This document shows, piece by piece, positions 10,801 to 20,672 of a DNA stretch of 64,000 bases. Source of the DNA: an uncultured virus (IMG/VR IMGVR_UViG_3300020048_000041) (taxonomy: Duplodnaviria > Heunggongvirae > Uroviricota > Caudoviricetes); IMG/VR virus record IMGVR_UViG_3300020048_000041; one strand, written 5' to 3'. The position numbers and the translations under genes were made by a program. Numbering within the stretch: position 1 is the stretch's first letter; the number at the start of each line of letters is the position of its first letter. The notes beneath the pieces are model-generated. The model made no database searches and was not told the origin of the DNA. It worked only from the letters and a program-made list of their open reading frames with translations.

Positions 10801-13800
10801 ACGCCGCCTGCGTCAACAACAGTCAACACGATAGCTTTATTCGTAGGATACCCAACAGAATTTCTTGTTATTGCTGCAGTTAAAGAACCACCAACAGAAA
10901 TCGTACCAGAACCACTGTATGTGCTAAAATAGGTTGAAATATCACTAGCATCAGCAAAGGCAATAGACCAAGTTACGTTTCTAGATGTATTTTCATTTGC
11001 AATAGTAACAGTGTAATTTTTAGTTGCGCCGGCGGCTATCGTAGCAGAATCTTTTGCTATTGTAAACGCACGAGCAGAATTATTCAAATACAGTGTACTT
11101 GTTCCAGACAAACCCCCACGAACAGCAGATTTTACTTCTGCTTTTAATGTAATATTACTTGGAACCGCAAGGGTGAACCCTACATCAACTAAATTAGATG
11201 CAGCAGTTAACGCCGCAACGGTCATAGTTTGAGAAAATGTGTTGGTATTTCCACTAAATACATACCCAGAAGTTGGCATTGGACTTGGTGTTATTGTAAT
11301 AGTTACATTTTCTGTAGTAGGTAGCGCTGTTTGAGTGATTAACAATTTAGCAGAAGAAGCCGTACCGCTTGTGCTAGTTGGATTAATCGTAGTCAAATCT
11401 GCTGTGTTAGTACTGTTTCTAAATTTAGTAGATAAAGTAGGTTGAACTGATTTAGATAAGTTATATGTGCTAGATGTTAACGTATCTTTATCATTATACA
11501 ACATAGTGACATTAAAGGTTTTATCTAATGTAGCAGTTCTTAAAGCAACCGCAGTCAAACTAAATGTAAACACACCAGAACTATTCAACACACCAGAAGT
11601 AGCATTTAAGGTATATTCATTAGATGCTAAATTTGAAACTTTGATTCCTGTAACTTTAGTGCCAGCAGCAGCAGAACCATAACTTGATGTTACTGTGAAG
11701 TTAATTGTTTCACTATCAGCAATACTAGCATTGGCAGATTTATTTGCTGTTAACGTAGAAGTTTCGGCATCATTTTGAATATAACAAATAGAATTAGTGC
11801 CTTTCCCTTTGTTCGTTCCAGTTAACTCCAATTTCAACGTTTTTGGCGCAGTTAATACTAAGCTATTAGAAACTGCGACAGATACAACCAAAGTTGTTCC
11901 TGTGAACGAAGTAATAGCAGGAGAAACTGTATAACCGGTTAAAGTTGTTACATCAACATCATTAGCCGTAATAATAAACGGGATTGTGTCAGATGACGCA
12001 TTTGTTGTATAATGATTAGTTTCTAACGCAAAGGTTATTCTAGATCCTTGAGCAACATTAGAAGAATAAGCGTTATTTGACAATTTGTAATATTTCGTGT
12101 CAAATATACCTATGATTCTAACAATATGTTCTTTAGAGTTACCAGAAGCGTCAGTAAAGACGTATCTATACTGACCATTTTTATCTTTGTATACAGTTTG
12201 ACCAGAAACATCATCAGAAGAAACATTTCGCGTTAATACGTGACTTGAACTTGCGTTAGATGTGTTAAACGGATTTGCTGTAGAAAACGATGATGTGATA
12301 TCAACTTCAGCGGCGCTTCCGATTTTCTTATAAACTTTATACGAAATAGGAATATCCGCTTCAGCATTAGTGGACTGGAATGTCACATTAACGGTATCAG
12401 TTGTCCCTACTGAAATTGGACCAGTTACAGAATATTCAGTTTTTACAGGATTCAACAATTTAATCGTAGACGATAAAGATGTACCGTATAAAAATTCAGG
12501 ATATTTCGTAATGTCTCTGCTAGATTTATTATGCGGAGTAACCGTTAGCGTAATTTTTCTAGCAGCTTGAGATACCCCATCATCTGTTACTTTCAATTTA
12601 ATGACTGCTTTACCAGCTGAATCAACGTCAAACGTAAACGATGCCAAAGATGTAATTGCTGTTCCATTTACAGTTTTAGAATCAAAGGTAGCCGTTCCAT
12701 CTGTTACAACAACTGTGCCAGTAAAGTCGCCTTTCAAATCATAGTTGACCGCGTTAAACGTAAAGGTGAATATCTCTGCTTCACTAACAACATAACTAGA
12801 TGGTTCAATGGTATAAGTAGAAGTTGGTTTAGGAACTTTTAACTCAGTCACCGTAGCAGTGCCAACTTGGTCGCCTGTAACAACAGTAATAGGTTTTTCA
12901 TCAGCATATTTTGCGCTCATGTCAACGTAATAGTTAACAGAAACATATGATGATGCGTATTCTTTACCAGCCGGACTATTAGAGAAAGTAATTACAAAAG
13001 TAGATCCTTCTTTCCCCTCAGGAATAACGATATAACCGGTCGCGTTGCCAGAATCATCTGTAGCAGGTGGAGTCGTTAAAAATACAGAACCTGTTGCGTT
13101 TGTTACAAACCCGTCTTCTTGCAATTCTTTACCAAAGAAATAATACAAATTGGTGTTAGCCAACATGTTAGTTACTTTATATTGGATAACGCGCTCACGT
13201 GTAACAGGAATAATATTTTTAGTGAAATTATATGTTGTTCCTGATACAACTTTATTTTTTGAAGTGGCAATATCAATAAAATCAGCATCGGCAGAAGTTA
13301 TAGCAGATGTAGATAAAGTAGCGCCTGATTTCGGATCCCAAGCATTCCATACTGTAACCGGCACAAGGTCTGATGTTCCAGCTAATTGTTTAATTGTATC
13401 AGCATCGTTTACAGGCAACAACTCTTTAACCCAGTGGTCTGTATCTGGAACCAAAGCAGCAGAACCAGACACTGTAACAACATTATAAGGGTTAACTGAT
13501 ACTGTTGTTGAATACGAATCCACACCGGTTAATTTTGTTGAAGTATAGGGTAAAGTGATTGTGTTAGAATTTATACCCGTTCCAGTCGTAGCTAAATTAG
13601 CATGAGCTGTTTTAGTATAGAATTTTGGTCTTAATTCATTTTTGTCATAATCAATCTCAGTTTGCATATCTGGATTGGTAACGTCAGCAACATTTTTACC
13701 TTGAAAAGAATCAACTAAGAACCCGTTGTTGAATAATGGAGTGCCATTATCATCAGTAAAGGTTTTAGATGATGTATCTTTTTCAAGCATAGACAACGAG

Positions 13801-16592
13801 GTATAATATTCCACATTCTCAATTCTGCCTTCTAATGCTCCGATATCTTTCATCGTATATCTTTTATTTTTAACTAAAGATAATTTTGTCGATTTTTCAT
13901 CGTCAGTATAAGCATCATAGGTAATAGAACAAATATCCATAGCATCTGGGTTAGATGCTGGATTGGTAGGTTGTCTAGCAGGAATACCTTGTATGATTTG
14001 ATATTTACCTGTTTTGTCTAAAGACAATTTGTCGATTCTACCAAGATAATAATCAACATCTAAAATAGCATTAGAATATGGCAAAGTGAATGTATCAAAC
14101 CCCGCCGCGTCTTCTTGTTGAACTGGTCTAAAGTCTAAACAGTTTCTCAATTTGTACGTTGAAAACGACACACTATCGTAATAATCTCCAATATCAGAAT
14201 ATGAAACACCAATAGCGTTATTTACAACCAGAGGTCCTTCACCAGAATGTAAATAATAGTCAAATACAACCAAAACTGTTGTTGCTACTGTGAACACAGA
14301 TGTTCTGCTTATTGACCCATTACCGTAATAAGAATCAGTTTGACCGTTATCAATTTGGAATTTAGAAGCAATATTTTCATATGCAGTTGTTCCTAATGTA
14401 GTTCCTGTAATATCATACAGTTTACCGTTACGCATAACAACAGAATTAGAAGCATATGTGACTAATGGGTCATATGTACCGGCGTAAGTTTTACTTGCAA
14501 CTACATAAGCGCCCGTGAATTTATGAATATCAGAAACACCCAAACTTTGTTTAACCGCTGAGTTTGCTGCAAAACTGACAGTTTTTCCATAATTTACCAC
14601 TAAGGTTTTTGTTCTTGTAGCCTGTCCAGTTATATTTACAGTGGCTATGATATCAACAGTCCCATTAAATGACGAATCATTAAAGTCAAAACTCACAGAA
14701 GAATTTGTTAATGGATTTGTGCTAACTGTAATATCTGCGGTAGACAAATCTAATATTGTGTCAACCGTATAACCAGTGCCAGATGACAAAGTCAATAAAG
14801 ATATTGTATAATTAATATTGTTAAATGAACCAGAAGATGGAACAAAATCTTTAGTCAATGAATCTGAAGTTAAAGAACAAACGCCACCGTAAACAGGAAC
14901 AGATTTGAATAATCTTTTAGATTCATAAGAAGCTGTAGAAACGGTTTTAATATTACCAAGTGGAATTGGGAACACCAATAATCTATTTGCTGTATCAGAT
15001 ATTTTAGACGAAATAAGGGTAGCTGTGAATTCTCCTGAAATTTCGCCAATAGAAACAACAGAAGCAAACGATTCAGCAGTTAATACAACATCATCTAGAT
15101 AAAGTTGATATTCTCCATAAGAAACTGGAAGTAAGTTTATAACTCTAGCAGTCCCAATAACAACATCACTGGAAGAATAAAAATTAATTGAAGATGAACT
15201 TGTTATATCAGGCAGATTACCGGTTATTTCACTGACAGTGATGTAGTTACCATATTGAGTTGCAACTGTGTAATCTAATGTAGATGCGAAAGTTCTTGGT
15301 TTTGTTAACTCAATAGAAGTTACGCCATTTTTTTCAATCTCGTAGCCTTTAACATAAGCTTTTCCTGGTGCGACATTTAAAGTTAATAATGTATCATCTG
15401 GGTTAGCTTTTACCGTAGGTAATAAACCATTTACAATATAATCTCCAGATTCGTCATATGTTCTACGAGCGAATATATCTTCAAGATTTGAATAGATAGG
15501 TAGGCGTTGGTCTGATTCAACAACACCATTTTTAATGTGGCAAATATCAATGAAATCTTCAGAAGATAAAGATTGTTCTTGATAGGAAACAGCAGATGCT
15601 TCTAAAGATATGAAATATCTATCTGCACCTGGAGCAGCATAGTTGTACGAACCGAAAGAAGGATCTAATAAAGTTGAATCTGTATCAGAAGTAATAATTG
15701 ATTCAACTGCTTTTAATCCGATAACTTTAGACAATGGAACCGTATATGATGTTGCATCTGTTACTAAAGTGTTAGCATTATTTTTAAGGGTTAAATGTGT
15801 ATTATCTGCGATACTTAATACAGTTCCGATAAGTTTATTATCAGATGTAAAAATATCATCACCAATAGCTAATTCAGTTGTAAATAATGTTCCAACGCCG
15901 GTAATACTAGCAGAACTTGTTATTGCTGTAATTGTTCCCGTATAAGGCAAATTAGCATATTTAGAAACAACAATAGTTTGCGTCGGGCAATATACAAATG
16001 AATTTTTAGTATAAAAAATGCCTTCGTCAATACCAAATAAAACAGAATTTCCAGATACATTATCTCCAGTTGCTTCAGTAGAAAAAGATCTAAAAATAGA
16101 AGTCGTGCCTATAACTGGGTTTGGAACAGAATACACATCAAGACGAACACCAGTAGACACATATTTTGATGACGATCCTGTAGAGCCACCAGAAAGGAAA
16201 GTAGCATAAATTGTTTTTGGGTCTGTGCCAGTTTTTTGTGTAACTGCTTTAATTAAAAACTTTCTATTATCTGGTTTAAGTACATCTTCACTATTTACAA
16301 CGATAGTTTTACCAACTAAAGTATCATCAAAAACGATAGCACCGCTATTAAACGAATCTGAGATTTTAAAATAGGTTACGTTAAAATCAATTGTGTGCGC
16401 AGCACCATCAACAACTGAACCATCTTCAAAAATATGGTCAGCAAATTTTGTTACTTGGTTTTGAAGAATTGATTGTATCTGCGTAAGCTCACGCGCTTGG
16501 ACTGCGACTCCTGGTTTAAAAAGTATCTTATGGAATCCTTTTTTATGATCATAATCATCATAATAAGGATCTATGTTCAAATTCTTTGGCAT
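7809..16592 (-). CDS. Giant DUF4815/VrlC-like baseplate or fibre-attachment protein with long Ig-like extension (2927 aa)
   Basis: N-terminal NLNIDPYYDDYD...ILFKPGVAVQARELTQIQSILQNQ; APGADR; ARRTYDESGDY; RYTMKDIGALEGRIENVEYYTSLS; then ~1700 aa of Thr/Ser-rich beta repeats. Confidence 0.8.
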   Translation of the reverse strand: MPKNLNIDPYYDDYDHKKGFHKILFKPGVAVQARELTQIQSILQNQVTKFADHIFEDGSVVDGAAHTIDFNVTYFKISDSFNSGAIVFDDTLVGKTIVVNSEDVLKPDNRKFLIKAVTQKTGTDPKTIYATFLSGGSTGSSSKYVSTGVRLDVYSVPNPVIGTTSIFRSFSTEATGDNVSGNSVLFGIDEGIFYTKNSFVYCPTQTIVVSKYANLPYTGTITAITSSASITGVGTLFTTELAIGDDIFTSDNKLIGTVLSIADNTHLTLKNNANTLVTDATSYTVPLSKVIGLKAVESIITSDTDSTLLDPSFGSYNYAAPGADRYFISLEASAVSYQEQSLSSEDFIDICHIKNGVVESDQRLPIYSNLEDIFARRTYDESGDYIVNGLLPTVKANPDDTLLTLNVAPGKAYVKGYEIEKNGVTSIELTKPRTFASTLDYTVATQYGNYITVSEITGNLPDITSSSSINFYSSSDVVIGTARVINLLPVSYGEYQLYLDDVVLTAESFASVVSIGEISGEFTATLISSKISDTANRLLVFPIPLGNIKTVSTASYESKRLFKSVPVYGGVCSLTSDSLTKDFVPSSGSFNNINYTISLLTLSSGTGYTVDTILDLSTADITVSTNPLTNSSVSFDFNDSSFNGTVDIIATVNITGQATRTKTLVVNYGKTVSFAANSAVKQSLGVSDIHKFTGAYVVASKTYAGTYDPLVTYASNSVVMRNGKLYDITGTTLGTTAYENIASKFQIDNGQTDSYYGNGSISRTSVFTVATTVLVVFDYYLHSGEGPLVVNNAIGVSYSDIGDYYDSVSFSTYKLRNCLDFRPVQQEDAAGFDTFTLPYSNAILDVDYYLGRIDKLSLDKTGKYQIIQGIPARQPTNPASNPDAMDICSITYDAYTDDEKSTKLSLVKNKRYTMKDIGALEGRIENVEYYTSLSMLEKDTSSKTFTDDNGTPLFNNGFLVDSFQGKNVADVTNPDMQTEIDYDKNELRPKFYTKTAHANLATTGTGINSNTITLPYTSTKLTGVDSYSTTVSVNPYNVVTVSGSAALVPDTDHWVKELLPVNDADTIKQLAGTSDLVPVTVWNAWDPKSGATLSTSAITSADADFIDIATSKNKVVSGTTYNFTKNIIPVTRERVIQYKVTNMLANTNLYYFFGKELQEDGFVTNATGSVFLTTPPATDDSGNATGYIVIPEGKEGSTFVITFSNSPAGKEYASSYVSVNYYVDMSAKYADEKPITVVTGDQVGTATVTELKVPKPTSTYTIEPSSYVVSEAEIFTFTFNAVNYDLKGDFTGTVVVTDGTATFDSKTVNGTAITSLASFTFDVDSAGKAVIKLKVTDDGVSQAARKITLTVTPHNKSSRDITKYPEFLYGTSLSSTIKLLNPVKTEYSVTGPISVGTTDTVNVTFQSTNAEADIPISYKVYKKIGSAAEVDITSSFSTANPFNTSNASSSHVLTRNVSSDDVSGQTVYKDKNGQYRYVFTDASGNSKEHIVRIIGIFDTKYYKLSNNAYSSNVAQGSRITFALETNHYTTNASSDTIPFIITANDVDVTTLTGYTVSPAITSFTGTTLVVSVAVSNSLVLTAPKTLKLELTGTNKGKGTNSICYIQNDAETSTLTANKSANASIADSETINFTVTSSYGSAAAGTKVTGIKVSNLASNEYTLNATSGVLNSSGVFTFSLTAVALRTATLDKTFNVTMLYNDKDTLTSSTYNLSKSVQPTLSTKFRNSTNTADLTTINPTSTSGTASSAKLLITQTALPTTENVTITITPSPMPTSGYVFSGNTNTFSQTMTVAALTAASNLVDVGFTLAVPSNITLKAEVKSAVRGGLSGTSTLYLNNSARAFTIAKDSATIAAGATKNYTVTIANENTSRNVTWSIAFADASDISTYFSTYSGSGTISVGGSLTAAITRNSVGYPTNKAIVLTVVDAGGVVPTGTNSEMTMVSVATPLPVIKFYDVSGSEITSFLTLPDSANPYMVRADIYSGDFTSGDLVSYTIQAGTKSLDLFISPTGSAVYSIPVTDNKVDSNKIASTTFWIKKNTSTLQAGNDISLTLSSAKVSGVIKQLATKQTLTVKTKSIVSDALSIYRNGYAGESAFSIIIGGDYDIFVNKTAVINTSTDKVYFVINPLAGNTTALTASNFTITPNGGSAATVISSHTTTNAALNAVIPTTGLLYDVTTYANDLVKFKVNTGSITANDKVSLTCYIIRANDLTYLASSLVTSTIAAAPVKAYKPSLPMTIYNGGSVTMEYSPENFASGDTHTLTLPLHSVTLASDINVWVNGTAVTAINASGVLTPSITLTGNDKVTIKVTSKSDAVGYVESKIVNVADATIKSTTLVDTNKGILISADKDVNEVQAWEVQITPRLTDTTYQVGVFDYSSGSYVGIQGSAGVHISYTDLNGTTIVEDLTSRLVTFNSSNIAMPGNVAKFKYYIPVGFNSSATVPKQCRIKFVGSDGSVAFFPINVSQNAGLKKTFVITNDSSSANNAKKEGEIVTFTITPKNASVTDLYNFTLATKNGRKFSLIEESGDGVTTTISPVATTTVYARNLLTENKVKFKLDDNLIVDQSTEILLTVYPKDTAYTTNGSVVTSSAFVVNSSTPNQTINFFDMNGNSITQVKNNEYFVVQGYNNVLPSALNFSADLVEYIEPLVSDITNVSKEVAGIITYGSNATSHYKFKFRALPNKLNLDMIAQAMFFLNRPAAATTSLNAFLNILEEKSDGTINVTTKDNLLYATSKLITFNVDTTGFNSKTPLNWTLTPPKGITVDNVTFVDLNSPIVNGSRKKWIEGTDTSDGLTVYGNKTWFDVDSAGKEIPNTKFIIKYDINFRTYVSNFQEAKDYVDKLNNQELGVSDWYNDWIIPDKRMMNVFSGFSKSNTLSYPIILENIPFFWYFDNKGLYHSYKQDGQVSPSFMGAGPTVSVLPIRKMYI

Positions 16593-16649
16593 ATTCTAAT
16601 TCTCTTTTTGTTGTTATGTGTTAACGATAAATTATTTAGCCTATTTCAT

Positions 16650-18269
16650 TTAAAATCTTATCACTGTTTGTAAAGAAATAGTTTGCTCATTTGATTGATA
16701 AAACGCATATCTGTTATCTATATAAAGCATATCCCCACTAAACACATCTACACTTGGAACAACCAAAGCATCAATTCTGAAAATAATACTTGAGTTTGTT
16801 GTTATAGCTAAATTGTCTGCTGTTGTTATCACAGCATTATCTTTAGGTTGTAATAGTAAAGAACCGCCGGTTGTTTCCGTTTTTGCTGAAATAACAACAA
16901 ATTCTTTTCCAACGTAATTACCAGTTGTCAAATTAACGATTGTATCGTTAGGATAATCTGCTAAATTGAACGAACCAAATGTAGTAGCTTTATAACAATT
17001 TGAACCAAGCGTCCCAGTATAAGGTAATGAATCTGCCCCTAGTGGATTTCTAATTAATCCGAATTGTCTATAATCGTTATCAATAGTAAAGCCGTTAATA
17101 TTATCATTATGGATAGATGTTGAGAACATAAGGCGGTTACCAAATAATTCTTTAATCGCATTTCTACCGTGTCCACCGTATGGAGAAATAATAGCACGGG
17201 CAGTTGCTGTATGACCAATTGTGTCTATAATTGTTACAGTAGCATGAGTGTAATCATATCCAGGATTTGTTATTCTAATTGACTCAATTTGATTAGATAC
17301 GTTAAGCACAGCAACAGCAGTACATCCTTGGCCATCGCCTTCGATTACAACTTGTGTAGTTGACGCACTGTAATCGTACCCACCATTTACAACCTTTATT
17401 CTTTCTATGCTACCATTTACAGATGCCAACTCAACGTTAGATTGTTGTGTTGTCACAGAACCATAATCAGTTGATGATGTTAATACAGCACCAGTCCCAG
17501 GAGTTGCGTTTCCGTCTGTAATTTGATATTCAACGTCAAGATATCCTTCACCATGGTCGTTAATTATAACGCCGGTTATTTCTCCTGTTACATTATCAAC
17601 ATCAGGAGAAATAGAAGCACCTGTACCAGTTTGAGAAATAATTGTTATTTCTGTTGTAGTTTGGTGGTAACCAGAGCCACCGTCTAATACAACAACATTA
17701 TCAATACCGCCGTTGTTATAATATCTGGATGACATAGAAGTCGAAACAGGTAAAAACAACGGCGTCATAAATTTACGCTGGAAAATGATAGGTATAGCGT
17801 ACATAAATTTCCAGATGTAACCATCAACCTCCTTAAATGCTGCAGTATCTGTATTAGATGGCTGCACAGTTGATGGTCTACCGCCGTTGTTGTTTATGCA
17901 TTTATAAACACGATTTGATGAATTTACAACATAAAACTTAGCAGTTTCAAGTGAATTTGCTCCAGAACTAGCCAAGTTTGTTGTCGAATATAAATCGTCG
18001 TAATCATCATAAACTGTACCGCTGACCCAGTTAATTCTAGGAATAACGTAAGAAATATCGTTCACAGCAACCTGTTTAACAAAAACAACATCACGTTTTG
18101 TTTGTTGCTCATAGACGAATGTTTTTGTAGGGTTTTCTGGTTCATCTGTAATACTATAAGGTAAACTTTTCCCCAAATAATAATAAAATTTTACAGTGTT
18201 ACTTTTAATATCACGATAAGTTGATTCAGCTAACGCTATGTGAAACCCTTGACTAAGTACGGAACTCAT
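16650..18269 (-). CDS. gp8: Baseplate wedge subunit gp8
   Basis: VIPRINWVSG..YD.Y, FYVVNS..RVYKCINN, DGYIWKFMY, GDMLYIDNR motifs. Confidence 0.85.
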   Translation of the reverse strand: MSSVLSQGFHIALAESTYRDIKSNTVKFYYYLGKSLPYSITDEPENPTKTFVYEQQTKRDVVFVKQVAVNDISYVIPRINWVSGTVYDDYDDLYSTTNLASSGANSLETAKFYVVNSSNRVYKCINNNGGRPSTVQPSNTDTAAFKEVDGYIWKFMYAIPIIFQRKFMTPLFLPVSTSMSSRYYNNGGIDNVVVLDGGSGYHQTTTEITIISQTGTGASISPDVDNVTGEITGVIINDHGEGYLDVEYQITDGNATPGTGAVLTSSTDYGSVTTQQSNVELASVNGSIERIKVVNGGYDYSASTTQVVIEGDGQGCTAVAVLNVSNQIESIRITNPGYDYTHATVTIIDTIGHTATARAIISPYGGHGRNAIKELFGNRLMFSTSIHNDNINGFTIDNDYRQFGLIRNPLGADSLPYTGTLGSNCYKATTFGSFNLADYPNDTIVNLTTGNYVGKEFVVISAKTETTGGSLLLQPKDNAVITTADNLAITTNSSIIFRIDALVVPSVDVFSGDMLYIDNRYAFYQSNEQTISLQTVIRF

Positions 18270-18276
18270 AATAATC

Positions 18277-18723
18277 CTAAGAAATTGTGATTACCCATGT
18301 GATTGTGATTGTATCACCAGCTTCTTTTGTGATAACAGGAAACACAGTTCTAGCTAACATATTAGTGGTAACACCGGTAGCATGGTTAAATAGACCGGCT
18401 TCAGTAATTGCGCCCGTATTTTCTCCAGCACCAAACGTAGCAACATAAGTTACCGTGTTCAAATATGCTGTAGTTGATGTCAAAGCTTTACGAGTAGAGA
18501 TTTGAGTTCCTAAAGCAATATCACTTACTGCTGCAGCTGTAGTGCCTGAACCAACGCCCATATAACTCATTGCGCCGGTGCCACCAGATAACAATGTTGC
18601 AATAATATTTTTGCCAGTTGTAACAACTAGGTTAGATACAACTTTGTCTGTTACTTCGTTTTTGCTATTAGTTTTAACAATAGATACAACGCCGGTAACT
18701 GCTGATTGTGAATTTAAAATCAT
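18277..18723 (-). CDS. Conserved virion structural protein (baseplate region)
   Basis: NLVVTTGK...MGVGSGTTA...ITEAGLFN...MLARTVFPVITK. Confidence 0.65.
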   Translation of the reverse strand: MILNSQSAVTGVVSIVKTNSKNEVTDKVVSNLVVTTGKNIIATLLSGGTGAMSYMGVGSGTTAAAVSDIALGTQISTRKALTSTTAYLNTVTYVATFGAGENTGAITEAGLFNHATGVTTNMLARTVFPVITKEAGDTITITWVITIS

Positions 18724-18732
18724 TTTTATTCC

Positions 18733-20670
18733 TTAAAATGTTGTGGTTGTTGTGCCTTCAGCATAATCTACTGAGTAAACTTCTAAAAAGTAAGTAATTG
18801 CTGGTGTGTTTAAAGATATAGAACCTGTATCTGATTGTGATACAAAATCAGATACAGGTTTATTGAACAGTGTCGATCTTAACTCAGAAACGTTAATGAT
18901 TTCTGCTAAATTTTTACCTAAAATTTTATATGATGATTCAGTATGGGCAACATTTTCTGAAAAGTTTTTGTTGACCAATTTATAATAATTGTCTGGTACA
19001 CTAATAGTATCTGTTGATAATGCTTTCCCAAATAATTTAGAATACACATCACTTTTATTTACAACATCATTAAACGGTTTTTCTATTAATTTAGAATTTG
19101 TATCAGTGAATAATAAAATTTCTTTGAATAATTTTTTGAAGAAATATCCAACTTGTTCAATAGAAATTGACACATCAATATTATTATTTAACGTGTATTC
19201 ACCAAACATTAAATAGCCGGCTGGATTAACTACATTTTTAACAATATTTTTATACAGACTAATATCTTCTGCGACTTTAATAGCATATGAATATATCTGA
19301 TAATAATGGTTGTCCTGTAAAACAAACGCATCAGATACAAACCCGTTGCTGGTTATGTATGTTCCAGGATATTTACGAATAACACCCATTTGAACCTGAA
19401 CAATAGCCGTATTTTCGTCTGGGATATAATATCCTGGAGTTACGCTATAGTCTGAATGGAAAGTTTTTAAAATGGTGCCACTATAATCAGCAGCAACATA
19501 TTCTATAAAATAATTTTGATATGTGATAATACCATCTTCAATAAAGCCGCCGGTATAATCATACAAATTAGATGGGTTGAATGTTTCAGATTTATTAAAC
19601 CCAGATACCAAATTGAAGTAAGAGTCATCAATGTAACCAGACCCAAATGAAACTAATTGGATTGATTCTATTCCACCATTTGGAGTTATCTTAACAATTT
19701 TACATTTAGCGCCGTTTCCGTTCACTTCATTTAAATCAAACAATTGACCAAGTTTGAATTTAGAACCTTTCTTTTCAATTCTTATATTTGCTATAGTTGG
19801 TTGAATAACACACCAAATATCTTCAAACAGAATAGAGTTGTAACTTTCTAAATCGTCGTGGAAAAATCCTTCAATGAATATTTCATACTGCCCGTTGTTA
19901 ACCGCCCTAACTCTGCTAATATAAACTTCGATTGTTTTTAATGCAGTTTTAATGTTAACATATTTACCAGTTAGCGAATACACATCTGCAACTGAAGTTT
20001 TGTATTGTATAGAAGAAACAGTATCTATGTATGCTTGATCAACTAAAGTCAAAACAGTATTAGATTGAATTGATTGTACTGTGCCAATGATAACATTTGT
20101 ATCGGTTCTATGTAACATAGAACCTATTTGCAGTTGAGTGAACTGTGTGTTATAACCGGTTACAATTCTGCTGGTTTTTGATGTCGATATAGACCCACTT
20201 TGATATGTGTATGTTTTATCGTTGAGCCATGAAGATGAAATACCTTTATCATTAGAATTCACTGTTACAAGAACAGATACTTCTTGTTTCCATCTACCAT
20301 CAGATGCTTTTAAAATGAAATCTTTAGGGTAAAAAACTTCAATCTCTTTCCCAAACAAATGTCTAAAAAGAATTCTTAATGATTCTTCTGAACCTTTAGC
20401 GGAATAAAATTCTTTAATGTGGCTAAGTAATAGCCTATCATCTGTTGCATTTATAGCAGGAATATCTGAAATACCAAGTTCAGATTTAATATGCTCTACA
20501 AATGTATCCAAAGTATCATCTAAAGATTTTAAGTTACCAAACGCCCTAAAATCTGTTTGTTCAATATACGAATAATACAGTTCTAAAAATTTTATGAAAT
20601 TGCCATATTTTGGTATGGTAAATTCAGGAAACTGAGACGATATTATCGAGGATAGTTTAGTTTTATCCAT
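18733..20670 (-). CDS. gp7: Baseplate wedge initiator gp7-like
   Basis: QFPEF...FIKFLELYY; IKEFYSAKGSEES..ILFR.LFG; LQDNHYYQIYSY; between gp6 and gp8. Confidence 0.75.
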   Translation of the reverse strand: MDKTKLSSIISSQFPEFTIPKYGNFIKFLELYYSYIEQTDFRAFGNLKSLDDTLDTFVEHIKSELGISDIPAINATDDRLLLSHIKEFYSAKGSEESLRILFRHLFGKEIEVFYPKDFILKASDGRWKQEVSVLVTVNSNDKGISSSWLNDKTYTYQSGSISTSKTSRIVTGYNTQFTQLQIGSMLHRTDTNVIIGTVQSIQSNTVLTLVDQAYIDTVSSIQYKTSVADVYSLTGKYVNIKTALKTIEVYISRVRAVNNGQYEIFIEGFFHDDLESYNSILFEDIWCVIQPTIANIRIEKKGSKFKLGQLFDLNEVNGNGAKCKIVKITPNGGIESIQLVSFGSGYIDDSYFNLVSGFNKSETFNPSNLYDYTGGFIEDGIITYQNYFIEYVAADYSGTILKTFHSDYSVTPGYYIPDENTAIVQVQMGVIRKYPGTYITSNGFVSDAFVLQDNHYYQIYSYAIKVAEDISLYKNIVKNVVNPAGYLMFGEYTLNNNIDVSISIEQVGYFFKKLFKEILLFTDTNSKLIEKPFNDVVNKSDVYSKLFGKALSTDTISVPDNYYKLVNKNFSENVAHTESSYKILGKNLAEIINVSELRSTLFNKPVSDFVSQSDTGSISLNTPAITYFLEVYSVDYAEGTTTTTF

Positions 20671-20672
20671 AA

